From contig NC_092679.1 in assembly GCF_964355755.1 (NCBI RefSeq), forward strand, positions 14,863,432-14,927,431: a stretch of 64,000 bases of DNA. Direction: 5' to 3'. Origin of the DNA: Antedon mediterranea (Eukaryota; Animalia; Echinodermata). Position 1 is the first letter of the stretch. Every line of letters begins with the position of its first letter. A program made the position numbers and the translations under genes. This document shows, one piece after another, positions 28,001 through 43,000 of this stretch. The notes under the pieces are model-generated. The model was not told where the DNA came from and did not search any database. It saw nothing but the letters and a program-made list of their open reading frames with translations.

Positions 28001-31000
28001 TGTTCAATATCTTTCTTTTTGCAGACAATGGCTTCAGTTAGTGACTGGAGAGAACAAAATTAATTATTTGATCTGAAATTATGTTATATATAAGATGGTC
28101 AAATCTCCCAACATTAGATTCTCAAATACGAGAATGTTCTCAAAATTAGAAAGTACAAATATAAAAAAAACATACTTTGCATTTTTCAAACATATCTTCT
28201 TTTTCCTTTAGATCATCTTGAAGTTGAACTATGACCTCTAAATCAGCAGTAGTCTCAACTATCCAGTTGGTTAAAGCATCTAACTCATTCTCATAATCTA
28301 CCCAGGCCTGAAAATGATCTACAAACTCTTGCTCTGATTTCATCAACTGGGCTTGTAGGCTCTGCCAGTCTTCCAAGGCACCAGCATAATCTTCTTCAAT
28401 TGAGGGCCTAGCCTGACTAGCAGTACTACTGACTGTGTTTTCACAGGCCTTCTGTAACTTATCCATCGACTGATCCATTTTTTGTTTTTTTTGTAACAGT
28501 TCCTAATAATGAAATAGAGATAATCAGTACGCTGCAGTTACACCCATGTTTTCTGATAATATTCAGATAGTACTTTGAGCATTCATTGAAATGGTGGTAT
28601 ACAAAAATGGAATGATTGATTGATTGAAGGTGGCATGTTATTGTATTACATCTTGGCGACAGAGTGTATACATAAAGAATTTGAATAACTTGATTTTAAG
28701 ATTTAATATTAGCAAATCCTTTATGGCATTACATTTGAATGGTATAGGTTTTGGTTATTGGAAATCTTTACAAGAGTGGACATTGCAGTGTGAGTAAGGC
28801 TGATGACACATTCAGCCTTCCATACCTTTAAATATGCATGCACAGATTGCAGCTATGGTTCTAGATACAACAAATAATCAAATCTCCCATTATTGGGAAA
28901 ACTATATTTTGTAAGAAATACCTGAATTTTTTTTAGTTTCTGTTGAATTGTTTCTTTGTCGCCCTCAAGTGTTCGGCATTCAGCAAATGCATCATTCATG
29001 TCAGCAACATGATTACAAATGCTTCTTAGGGTCTCTTCAAAATGTTCATGAGTCTGGAAATACTTGATGCTATTATCCAAGAGTCCCTACAACAACAAGA
29101 AATTATTTAGAGTGTAAACCAACACCTGCACTGCTAGAAGTCACTGTACAAAAGTACTACTATGCAAGTTTTGCAAATTCCCAGCCCTAGAAGAAATCCC
29201 ACGCCACCCCTCCAATCTACATAAGCAAACTGGGAAAAATGCACAGTTAATAAGTTTTCTGAAAAAACACTGCATCCCCACCCCAGGTCAGCTATTATAA
29301 TTTTCAGAAAATTAGAGCTTAAATAATAATTTGATTCTTGTTACTCAAATTGAAATACTTTTGTTAGAAATAAAGTTAACATTCATCAAAAAATATAAAT
29401 TTTTACTATAATTTTTATAGTTTCCACCCCCACCCCACAGTATTGTATTACATTATTGAAATATTTTATGAAAGAATAAACTCAATAGTACTACACCACA
29501 AGTTAAATATGTCAGTATTAATACATATACTGAAACAGATTGTCAAGCTTCTGTATTCACTGTTAGACCTTTAATATAGCTCTTACCGTTACTAGATTCT
29601 TTAAGGACTCATAATTTTCTGCAATTTGCTTTAATTCTGCTGTCACATCATCTACAACCTTTTCAACATTGTCTTCATTTATACGTTCACCCTGCTTGTT
29701 AACAGTGGCCACCATCTGTGCATGAACTTCAATGTCGTTTAGCAGAGCCTGAAAATGTGAGGACAGGTGGCTTACATAAATCAACTGGTTTATACATGTA
29801 GGAAAATCACTATAAACTATTGACTACATCCCCACAGCTACTACTGTATATTGTTTGTTTATTACTGTTAAAAAAATATATTTTCTTAATAAATCTATAT
29901 TTACATTTATAAATGCTTAGATGGCATTTGTAAATAAAAATAAACTGAAACATATGGTTATATGTATTTCTACTTTATATATTAATTTACAGAAATATGT
30001 ATACTAACTACCATATGTATTCAAATAAACATACCCCCACAGAACATGCCTCTATAATGCCTCCCCCAACCTTGAATAAACGTCCCGGAGTCATTATTTA
30101 TGCCCTCAAATTAATGCCCCGCCACATGCATTATATACACAATAGTGTATCACACAACACATTTCGATTTTTACTAGAATTCATTGTAATTTTGATACCA
30201 TTTTGTATCAATTCTCGAAATGAATTATGTTGTATTTTTTAATATCAGGGGAGTATTTATTTGATGATAAATGTTAACATATTACACCCAAAAATAAAGA
30301 AGAAGTCCCTATGATAAAGAAATAAATATATTATTAGAAAAGTATGTTAATTTACCTCCAATATTTTCACTCTATTTTCTTTTATTTGAAGTGTACATGC
30401 AGACTCAGAAAACACCTCAAGTTTATCTTTAATATCTTGCATCCAGTTTCTAATTAGTGCCAGGCTTTTCTTAAACTCTGTCCATGTTTGTACTCTGTCG
30501 TTTAGCATTGGTTCAGCATCCTTTAGATTGTTAGTGAGACTTTTCCATTGTTCTTTGGTAGAGTTGACTTGTTGTTGTAGTGCATTCTTTCCAATTGCAT
30601 TTGAATGAGCTAAAACTTTTTGAAGTTTGATATTAACATCACTAATTTGGTCTTCAATGACATTTTTCTCTGCTAAGCAATCCTGCAATAAAACAATTCA
30701 ATACATTTTCTTAGCAATTTAATAAAACCATATTTGGTAATTGTAGCACTGAGTATAGTAGGTAGATAGACGAGGAGAACCTGAACTGGCAGCACTGACA
30801 TGACGTGAAGCATGCAGTTGAAAAGTGTAATAAAGTCCATGAGCAATGATCATTGGAAATGCACTAACAAATGGAAATCATTATCAACTGTAAAGCTTTC
30901 CTACATACTTTGCTTTATAGATTATCTTTTGGGTCACATGTGATGCTGTACATACTTATTCCAATTGTGATGCTGGATCTCAGATGCCAACTGTCTCTTT

Positions 31001-34000
31001 CATCAATGGGACAACCTATTAGTAGTGATACTTGCTGGTGGCTTGCTTACCAATCTTTAGTTCAAATCCTTGTTCCAAATTGCCATTACTTAAGTCTAAT
31101 ACTATGTGACTTAGTTTTCATTTTTTTTTTTTTACCATATTTTCATGCTATTATTTTGCCTTTGCTGTTGGATGGTGTTGAAAAAAGGAAAAGGTACAAA
31201 ATCAAGTACGGTAGAATTTATAACTTACTTGAATAGCTTGTAATTTATTCTGACATTCGGTCATATCACCAGCAGGGTTGCAATTCCTATCATAGATTTC
31301 TTTGGTTTTCTCATACACACTATTCAAAGCTTCAATACTGTCTGCAAACTCCTGGTGATCATTAACATGACTTTGCGAAACTTCTAGGCAATCCTATCAG
31401 GATATAATAATTGGAATAAACAACCTATCAAAGTAATTTGTAGGACGTTGTAAAGAAGGAAAAGTATCTTTCTTTAAGTTATGTTTGCCATTACATAAAT
31501 AGAAAATTAACCAGATCGTTAAAGCTTTTTATAATATACACATTCAAGAAATTGAAATTTTACTATACTGTACTTTGCTAAAGAGGTGTTATCTTCATTT
31601 GATGAGGTACTGTATGACTAAAATATTTAAAATTACCTTCAGCTGTGCAGTGATAGAGTTAAATTTCTGCAGTAGTTTAGTCTTCTTGGGCCTGGCACCA
31701 GCATATGAGCAGCTGTTGCTCACCAACTCTGCCTTTACTTGAATACTTTGAGCTAGTGACTCATAAGATGGAACTAGATTCTGCAGATCCTACAGTATTA
31801 TAAATAAAACATCAGTCAGAATTTATAAGCCATTTATAAGAGTAGTTTATACCTTGTTGCAACATTAATTGTATTTCTTGGCAGTCTGCTGCCTACTTAA
31901 TAAATAGATGGGAAATTGAAAGAATTCATAATGCACAACATTTTACAATCATGGTGCTTAAGTAAAAATAATAATCCTAATTGTATTTGAGTTTTAGCAA
32001 AGTAATCGTTAATGAAGTAAATGATGAATACAACAGGTTCTCCACTTTTAACTATTTCGAAGTCTAAACTACAAGTTATGTGAAACCTGCAGGCTTACCT
32101 GCTTAGCCTCTAACATTCAACATACCTGAAATTTCTGCATTCTATCTTGTTTCTCTTTTAAATCAAGTAAGAAATATTTCTCAGCATGAAGTGTTTCCTC
32201 CATATCCTGCAACCATTTTTCCAAGTCGTGACAAGAATCTTCAAAATCTGTACACTGTTCAAGACAACTCTCCAACCTCTCCCACTCTTTCTTCAGAATG
32301 TCCTCATCTTCAGCAATCTTTTCACTGACAGTCGGGTCACTGAACGATTGAATTTTTTGACTTGCACCTACTACTGACTCAAAAGAAGGTTTTTTACTTT
32401 CCCATCTTTTTGAAATTTCCTGTGGAAAAAAAGTTTACTGAAAGTTCATATCCAGCAGACATATCCAAAGATCATCCTGTAGTTCGGTGAAATGGACATG
32501 AGGCCAATGTTTCAATAAGGCTGAACTATGGTTGAGTAGGTGGTTTGTGGCACTCTGCCTCAACTGCAATATTCAGATTAAACTTCTCTAAAACAAATAA
32601 ATTATACCTAAATTTACAGCAAAAGTTTTACATTTAATGTTTAACATACCTTTAGTTGTGAACTAACTTGTCCATCAACTGCATCAACTGGTGTTCCTTC
32701 ATCAACCTGTTCGATAGGTGTCACCAGTGACTGTTCTACAACGGCAAATAGCTCCAGCATATCATTCCCTCTTGCTTCATACTCTTGCCAAACCTCTGCT
32801 ACTTCAATGGCAGTGAACTTCTTCTCTTGCACTTTCTTTACAACCTCACTCCAATCGTTCTGGAGCTTGGTTAAGTCGCCAGTGTGAATCTTAGGAAGGG
32901 TGGCAGCTTCCTCTGCAACCTGATCCATTAACTTTTGATTGCCATCAATTTCATCACAAAGTGTCTATTGAAAAAGAGATATTTTATTATATGATATGTT
33001 TAAAAACATTGAAATATAAGATCCTATTAAATAAGGTGATTAACCTTGAAAACACAGTTCATACAAGATGCTCTACATAAACAACGTTTCATAAGTTTTT
33101 GGGAGTAGATTAATTGGTACTTACATCTAGATTATCTACCCTCTTTTTGGCCTCTTCTATTGATCCAACTACAGGCTCTTTATCCAGATTTTTGTTAGTA
33201 GCTGTCATCCATGGTAGAAGCTGTTCCTTTGCAAATTGATATGCTTGCCAATGCTTAATGTCTGCATTAAGCCTATCACGCAGTGTCTCTGAAGAAGTGC
33301 ATAGATTTTGCCAATCTTTCTGAGCTGTATCAAGAACGTCTTTTAGTGTCTGCACATTTGGTCTGTTTGGATTTTCCTGTATTTCATCAAGTATGCTATT
33401 CAGTTCCTCTAATGCTTTGACTTTATTAAAAATTTCAGAAAACAAGTCCTGAAAAAGAATTAAAATTACAATTGGAACATAATTAATGCTTGCTCCATTA
33501 AAACTCCAATCAACTTAAATCACACACAAGATGCCTAGTATTTTCCATGACGACTTAATAGTTAGAACAGTTAAAACTATTAAGATCATATACTATATCC
33601 AATTAAATGTCTTACTTTAGCCACATCATACACTTTATCTGGTGTTGATTCATCTTTTGCTATATCGTCTAACTGTTTCTCCATGTCAAGCTGCCATTCT
33701 GCCAAGACATCCATCTTTTGTAAGAAATCATTCCACTTGCTCTCTAAGTTCTCCAGTTCTTGCAATTGTTTAACAATGTTGTCTTTTGTAGAAGCATCCT
33801 TGGAATCAATAGTTTGGATATCTTGCTGTAAAGTTGCTTTTGTTGTTGGTGGGACAGATTGTTGTAACTCATTATTCATTGATTTGACATTAGTTTCTTG
33901 ATCTTTCCAATCTTTGTGGATATCTTCTAAATCCTGTAAAAGTATTGTATGTGATCTCTTATTTTGGACTACACAAAGTATATTACACAATTTTCAATAT

Positions 34001-37000
34001 GGAGTGAAATCAATATGCATAAGGGAATGCACCCAACAATTTGTCCCATTAATAGAGGTGTCCCCTGGATATTGGTTGGCCTACCTTGCACCCCTTAATA
34101 GGGGTACCAAAAGGAGGGATCCTACTGTATACTAACCTTTAACTGTGCCACAGCTGCCTTGATTTCATCAAGTGATGAAAGCTCTGGAGATAATGATTCA
34201 AATGCATCATCAATCTCATTCAATGAAGACAATAACTTTGATTTTTCTTGATCATATTTCTCCCAAAGTCCAACAGCATCCTAAAAAATAAAAATAATGA
34301 TTAAATTTTACAATATTATGTACTGTTTTATGAATTCTTTCCAGCCCTCACCAAACAGCGGCGATCATGATTACAACACAGACGTGCATCCTTAATCTTT
34401 TAAATATAGTGTAAAAGTTCTTTTCCTTCACTTCTACAAAAAATATGTTTAATTATTCTATTCGAAAGGCCAAGTCTTCATTTTGCAACCAGCTTGCTGT
34501 CTTCATTTTTAGAGTATTTAGTCAACTTTAATGAAAATCAACACTCAAATCGTTTAAAACAATACATTATTCACAGGATCAAGTTATAACATAAATATGC
34601 ATTAAATTAGTTGTAATTTACAACATATCCACACCTGAAGACTCTTTAGCTGATCGGCTGACTGTTGTTTTGTCTCTTGTAACGTTTTTGCCACTACTTC
34701 TTGTTGTGGAAGGGCACTTTGAAGATCTTGCTCTTCAGTCGCTCTTACTACCTCTTCATGAATTAGTGGTGCTGCTTCTTCTAAGTCATGCTGCAGAGCC
34801 TACAATAAATAAGAAAATAAATGCTTCTATTTAGATTGTACCTTTTCACAAATGATGTGGCAATCTTCAGTCAATTACAACATGTGCCATTTCAATTGTA
34901 TTTCATATCCATCTGGAGTCTCCATTCACAATAGATTGGATGTCACTGTTGCTGTGACAGGATTGATAAAGGTCATGGAAATATTGAAAAAGAGAGAGAA
35001 TAAACCTGATTGCCTTACCTTATGCTTCTCCAGCAATTGCTTCAAAGCAGGCAAATCTTCCCATGATGGTTTCTTCGACAAGTCTTTCTGTTTTTGAAGT
35101 ATCCAGTTCCAAGTTTCTTTTGATTTTGCCTGCTTTTTAAACTTCTCAGATTTCTTGGCAACCTCAGCAGGTACATCATCCAACTTAGATTTCAGTTCTT
35201 CCTGGTGTTTCTTCAGCTGAGCAAGACTTTCCTGTTCAGATAGCACCTGTCCTGCTGGACAAGCTTCAGTAATCTCACTTAGTTTATTCTGTGCTTGAAG
35301 AAGTTGTTGAGACATTTCTGGTTCCTTATTTTGAAGTTCCTGTAACTCCTTCTGAAGCTCTTCAAACTTTACTGGATCAGATGTTTTTAGAAGTTCCTCT
35401 GCTGTTTGGTTGGTCTGGTTCATCCAGTCTTTCACAAGATCAAGACTAAAGATAAAAACAAGTTTAGTTTCAAACATTGACCTTTGAATTGTTTCTAAAT
35501 CATAAAATTGAGTTAATAATGTTGAGGTCCAGAATGGGAGGAAACTCAAATGGGTTGGACAAATGTTATGCCATGACAAATTTAGATTTCTTTTTTGTTC
35601 TTTGGTAGAACCCTTGATATCATAAACAACTAACCTCTGATTGTACTCATTCCATTTGTCAGGTAACTCAACCAGCTTACTCTGCATAACCTGTATGTCA
35701 CTCAGCATTTTCTGCCAGTCCATCTCTGATTTATTCAAGTCGTCTTTCAAGGTGTCGTCTTGTGGATCAATGGCAGACAATGTCTTCACACAAGTCTGCA
35801 TCTCTTGCAAACAATCAAGGCAATACGGAATCAGCTTGCTCTCATGAAAGAATTCCTAAAAAGAAGAAAACACAACATTTTGAGCCAATGAGGAGAGGTA
35901 GTAACAACAAATGTTTATTTTTCACATAATTTTCATGGACAGAAAATTAAGTATTTTCAAAAGGCAACTTTTAAAAACAGAAGAAACACTTTACCTTGTG
36001 CAGACCAAGAACATGGAGAGGATTCTGGCCAGAGTTTAGAGCAACTTGTTCAGATTCCAATTCGTTTTGAGAATCATCAATATTTTGTTTCAGTTCGTTT
36101 TCAGCCAATTGAAACTCCAATTTGCATAACTTAACAGAACCTTTCTCGACAGTCTCTTTGTATTTGGTTTGTAGTAGTTTGATTTTCTCTTCAAGTGGTT
36201 TTCGATCTGTCTGAGGTATTGATTTAAGAATGTCTTCACTCGCAGCAAGAAATTCTTCCAATTTATTAGATTGTTCATCAAAAAATGCCTGTTGAAAGAA
36301 TGTAATCACAAATATATAAGACGAAAAGGCACACAATAACTAAACTAAAGCAATATACCACTAACGCAATGTGAGTGATTTCCACCAACTATCAGGTTTA
36401 CTGCTCAAAATGTTAATGGCAATTTGGAGCATTCGATTTGCGACAAGATAGGACCTATGCATTGAGTGAGGAAGCACATGACAAGATCCCTGCATATGAC
36501 GTAACTAGTTTCTAGGTCATCCAAACGATGATATACAAACTTGTACTTGAAATTTAAACCATGGTTCTCAATATTGCTAGAGTATTTTTTTCAGGTTAGG
36601 TTTTTAAAGTTTCCTGACCTTATGACCTTCAATAGCTTCAAGAGGGTCAGTAGGTTGGTCTTCCAGTCTCTGATCGGCCTCCCTTAACCAGTTTGTCAGT
36701 TCTGCAGCTTTGTGTTTGAAGTTTTGCATACAAGCAACTTCACTTGAGAGTTGGTTGGCTATTTCTGGAGCAGTCTGGCTTAATGCCTAAAATAATATTC
36801 ATACGAACGTTTCAATATTTAAATGTAATAAATGTTTTAAAAACTGTCTCAAATATGGACACACCTCAAAAGGAAAATGGCATAGTCCAGATTTCCTAGT
36901 AACTTAACAAAATATCTATGTTTGTATCATACCAATCAACATACTGTCAATCATAGTTTGTTAATAGGGAGCTTGCCAAAAATTGCAAAAACAAACGCAA

Positions 37001-40000
37001 AATTTATGTGACTAGTACCCTTATATGAAATCATAAGCTCTAGGGCTTCAATTATAAACCATTGGCTGAATATTAGTAGTAGTTCTTCTATCCCATTTTT
37101 GTCATGTTCTGTGTATGTCTCCACCCAAAGAAATAACCCCATTCTAAGTCCACATACACACTACTATGATCCACTACATTCTGGTGCTCAATGCAAGTAA
37201 ACTAACTCTAAGCTTTATGGTACTCACTTGAAACCGGTCATTCATCTCTGAGATGTGGCTTTTTAATGGATCAGTGTCCATGTAATTGGCATTTAGCTGT
37301 ATTGTTTGCTCAACTACTTTATTTTTCTCTTCTAGTATCTTCTGATAATGAGGGAGGTTTGAAAAATGCACCTAAAAATGAGAACATTTGTGTGAAAGTA
37401 TTCAGTAATTTGATTTTCAGCATTTTGTATAGAAATTGAGTCAAAATAAAACTTATATGAGAGGTACAGATACCATGCTAGATGAATGTCTATTACAGGA
37501 GGAACAAGGTTACAAGAGAGTATCTAAAAGGTACATTTAACTGTATTGATTAATAATAAATTATGATTATATGTTTGTATGTAGAATTATATGCTACCAA
37601 CTCACCTCATATCTCTGTTGCTTATCTTCCTTTTTACCAGTTGTCTTGTCTTGCTTTACCTCTGTTATCAGAGCCTCTCCATCATCCAGCCACTTCACCA
37701 GCTCTTTCATGCCATTCTCATACTCTCGTAAGGATGTCAGGACCTTGCTGGTGATGGTATACTCTTCATTAGTTGTGTCTTGGATCTTTGTTAACCTGAC
37801 TTTGATGTTTTTCAGAGTGTCCATCATGGCTGACCTACCATCCTCTGTACAACTCTTGAACAGGCCTTTGGAAATATCTGAAAGCTTCTTGAGGTTTACT
37901 TCTTGTTTTGTACATTGTAATTTTAATTCCTATAAATGGTTATAAATAATGGAAATTTAAAATCAACATACAAATCTGTTCATGTTGCTAGAACCTGTAT
38001 TTGGAAAGTGCTACCACTGAAGGGTCCCCTCTCACTAGGTCAACTCCAACTCCTTTTTTGTTGCTTAACTGTGCCATTTAGTGTTATTTTACCTTGAAAT
38101 TATTAAGGTGCAATATAAATCCTGTATGCACTGTATGCAAGTATGCACTTAAATTTTACTTTACACAGTCAAATACTAATAATATATTTTTTTAAACCTG
38201 AAACTCCCAAATCTCTGAAATCAAGGCAAACTCGGCAAACCATAATTGTCTTTGTGGTTTCACTTTGTTTTTACTAGGTTGACTTTTTAACAATTTGGGC
38301 CAAGTCCTGGTTTTAGAAGTGTTGGCTGCAAACATATTTACCTCTAAATCCTGTATATGCTCCTTTGCAGGCAGGTACATGCATGTCACCCTGGCTGGTA
38401 TGTCTTGCTCTTTCTTGTCTAACCAAATGCGCAAGTTTTTAACAAATTCTGCATACTCTCGTTGTTGTCTTTCGGTTTCTTCATTTTTCATGTAAACCTT
38501 AAAAGAATTAAGTAAGTATTGTTTTTACTTTTAATTCTGAATGCAGTTTTACTAAATGTATTGTATTGTAAAATGTATATAATAACGAGATATGTCAAAT
38601 ATGTTGATATTTAATACAATGGATAACTGCACATGGCCACCATTTTTCATGTTTGTATGTTGTATGTTACTTTAATGGTATAATAACAACACATAGATTC
38701 AATCTACAGTCGAACCTCTCCTTTGGGAAACCAATATTTTGGAGACGCAGTATAAGTGGATACTAAGAGAGCAAATATATTCTCTAACACTAAGGTCAAT
38801 CTCTATTCATGAAATCATGGGAAAACCCCAATTAAGGAGACACCTTGTTTGGCCCACAATGATGTCCCCTTAATAGAGGTTCTACTGTATTATCAACTTA
38901 CTTTGGCTTCTTCAAAGTTGTCCTTCCATCTGCTGTTGACACTGAGTAGTTGTCTCTTGATTGTCTTTGTTACTTCTTCTTGGCATGTTTCAATCAAGAA
39001 GTTTCCCGCCTCATTCATCACTGTCTGCCGATCCTGCCAGCTGCTCATGTCTTGGAAGAAAGTCTATGAAAGAAACATATATAAGTTTTAAAGATCTTCC
39101 GAGCACAGTGGTAGAGCAATTAAGGCTAGTGTACTGCAGAACATAGTCATAAAATTAGCACAAACGCAAGGCTCTTCTTGACCATACTGTACTTCTGGTA
39201 GTATATGTCTTCATTTGGAGAATTAGAATGTGTTCCATATATTGACTACATAGCTTAGCAGTAAAGTGTAAAACACTGTACCGGTACATGGATTCCTACT
39301 CTATTGGAACTAATTATTGTTACAGGAAAAATTGCTTGTTGTTCATTCTTCTGATATACAATAGGACAACTCTATTCAAGGGACAACCCTATTCAGGGAA
39401 CACTCAAATACAGGTGACACCCCTTTATTAAGCAGACACATTCTTATAAAAAGACTAGAGGGAAATATATTTTAACATCACGGCCAAACATTATTCAGGG
39501 GACACACTATTAAGGAGACATTATGTTGATAACATCCTTGTAATGAATATTTTAATTTATATTCTTTGATTGATGATATTTACCTGTTTACTGTCAGAAT
39601 TTTGATCTTGTAAAGCCACTGACGATTGGCTTAGCCAGGATTCAACTAGTTCACTGCAAGCATCATATTTCTTCCAATTTTCTATCACTTCTTCTAGCAT
39701 AGTTTCAACACTGCGTATTTCAACACTCAGATTTGTTCGTTTCTTTTGCATGTTGAGCAAGAAATTTGTAAGAACTTGTTTTTCATCTTCTATTAAAGAA
39801 ATAAGACATGTTTAATATACCTTAGTACCAAAAATTATTAATGCTATTCAGATAAAATAGCTATAAGTCTAGATACTTATTTCTTCATGTTAAAATATTG
39901 TAGATCAGATGCAGTGCATGTCAGTGACAAGACAGTGAAAGTCTGGGTGGCAGTACATTGAGAAAGTGTACTGCCACCCAGACTTCAATTCTTTCCAGCT

Positions 40001-43000
40001 GAAATCTGCAAAGCGAATGTACTACTGTATAGCTATGCCATCTACAGTATTACAAACCAATATAAACTTACTATCAGCAACAGCTTTGTAATTTTCTGTT
40101 TCTGTTTCCAAGTCTTTCAATCTGGCCTCGTATTGGTCAAAAAATGTATTCTCTTGTGTAAATGCCTGAAAAATAATTATATATTTAAACAAATAGTCAA
40201 ACCAACCACACTGACTAAATTTAGCTAAATTTGATATTAACTTAAAGTTGAAAAATATCTGTACACCTAATAAAGGCTAGATAAAAGAAAAAATACAATC
40301 TTGCCAGAAATGTGTGCTTCAACTTTATTTTCAATGAATGCATTTAAGAATATTTATTATGAGAAACAATTGTGTTTATGTTACTTAATCAGAATAACAC
40401 ATTTTTCATCTTTCTGTAGAACACCAGCATAAAGTGTTCAAAACATGATATTAGGGACTTTCAGATGGTCATGTCGCCTTTGACATTTTGAGGCATTGTG
40501 CATGCGCCATGCCACTACCATATTTAGGCATATAACTACCATATTTGAGCACATCAAACTTTTGTTGTCAAACTAGTTTGATAGTGTAGACTGTGCTTAG
40601 TACATGTTTGCTGCTTACATTATAATCTTGTAAAATATCTTTCACTTGTTCTTGGCTTCCATACTTGACATTCCATGTTGAAAACTTTTCTTCAGTTTTC
40701 ACTATCAATCCTAGAAGACTATACTTCTTCTCTAAATAATTTAACTTCACTTGAGTATGTCGCCATGTGACCACTACGATCTCCAGCCTTTCTGAGATAC
40801 TTGTTAGGATTGCTTTAGACACATTTTTACCATCACTTCTACCAGTGGCTTGTATTTGTTGGAATGTATTATGAACTTGACCTAAACTCTGAAAGTGTAT
40901 CTGTGGAAAAAATAACATTAAAACTTAATTAAGTAACATTATTTAAATATCTAATGTTTTAAAGGCTTTTTTCAATGCCAGGTTCTTTTTCATTAAAGGG
41001 TAAGTATTCATGCTCATGCTCTTTGTTGAAAGATCTGTAACATTGTACAGAGTTAAATTTGACTTGCATACAAAAATATAGCATAAAGTTTGATAGTTTA
41101 GACAGAGCTTTAGCCTCAGCATTGTGTGGTAGGGTGGCCTCCCTAGTATTTTAATACCAGATACTCATTTACAGCTAAGAGGATTGGGAGTTTTGACGTC
41201 TACTCTCCCTAATACTAACCACCAGTTTTAAACTCATACTTGATATCAATTCACAGTTGTAAAACTCTCTTATAATTCTTTTAAATAAATAATTGAAACT
41301 ATTCTTACTCTGAACTCTTCACATTTTCTCCCAATACTACTGGCTGTTTCATTCTCTAACTCAATCTGTCCCATATCTCGGTCTAGCAGATCCTCTGCTC
41401 CTCGAAGCCATGTAGTAACTTCTTTTAATTGGAATGGTAGCGAGCCCTCTATCTTATCTCTCCATTGTTCATAGTGCGACGATACTTTACTCCACTCCTC
41501 TATCGTAACATCAACCTCTTCCCGTGTCAGTTGTATCAGCATTTTCTTCTGATCTTTTGTTTTTATTTCTCGTACAAGTTGTTTGCTTTTGGCATGCCCT
41601 CTCTGAAGCTCAACAAATGTCTAAAAACACAAAAATATTTGATATTAAATTTAGGTAGGAGGCTGAAGCTAAGTGAAATTTATTCATCTTCATTTTTCAT
41701 GTTTTTGGGGGACAAATACATCTGTAAGTTTGATCCAATTAAATATGTAAAGATTATTCTTGCTCTGTGGTACAATTAATCGTGTATTTTTGTCCACTAT
41801 TTAAAATGTTTGAAATTTTGTTCACATATTTCTTCATACTGGGTGTACAAGACAGTGTTCTTCCAGAGAGCCTAGGATACCACTCACAAAACAATTTAAA
41901 AACCGATACACATAGCACGAAGTTGATTATCTATTTTCAATTGTATAAATTCAATTCTTTCAGCTTTTTGCATTTATTTTACTTTATATAGAAAAATATT
42001 GTTGTATTGTACAGTATTAGATTATCAGTTGTTATTAGACAATAACCTGTGGGAAATTCGGTTAGATGTCTCGGGATTTAATCAATGAATCAGAACATAG
42101 GAAATCAGTATCAGATTGTACAATCTAGATCTAAGAGTCTAGCTATCCAGGTTCTTATTATTGTACCAGATTGAATCTGGATCTAAGAGTCTAGCATTGT
42201 GTACAATAAACAGATCTGAAATGTCATTGTCACATGTCAAAACAATTATGTACAATAAGACAGAAGAATTTAAACAACCACGTGTTGTGTAGATTTGATA
42301 TTTTAACACTTTCTTATGTTAATACATTCCAATACTAGCAATGTTAATAGTGACTGGTCACTACAGGGAACAATAATGTTTGTTTGAGTATAGGTGGAGT
42401 TGGAGTTAATAATGTGATTTCATCATGTTTTTGTATTCTTATATCAATCAATCTTAGATTGTATGTTTATCCCTGGATGTAGTATAAAAGTCATCCTGAC
42501 AAGGGAGCCATGTTGCTACAGTAAAGTTAGTACTGTATTGTTATACACCATGCGGTGTTGTTGGCTTAGTCAGCCGTAAAGTTGTTAATTTGCATAACAA
42601 ATGTGTTTGCTTATAAAAGGCAACGGAGATGCGGAATCTATGTTAGTAAATTACTGTTTACCAGTTGGACAAGTGTTACAGTGTATAAAGCAGTGTTAAC
42701 GTAGATAGAAGATTATAACCAGTACAAGCAGTGGTGTTGTTAAGCCAGCTTGCCGGTAAGCAGTGGTATTGGAATATAAAAAATTGTGTTAAGCCAGCTA
42801 AAATAAAAGGAATATATATTGTTGTGTGTCTACTGCGTTTTACAAACAGCGACTACTACCAAATTTATTGCGTAACGTCAATAAAACTATGTAATACAAT
42901 AATATAAGAACTGAAATTCCAACAAGGTCAGAGCAACAAATTCAACCTTACCCAGTATGTATCTTCTCGATTTAAGTGTTGTGTCTTTGTATTTTCAATT

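Noticed and set aside
15996-39146. Many + strand ORFs overlapping nesprin exons
   Set aside because: Antisense shadows of E/K/Q-rich coding exons, with no independent splice structure.
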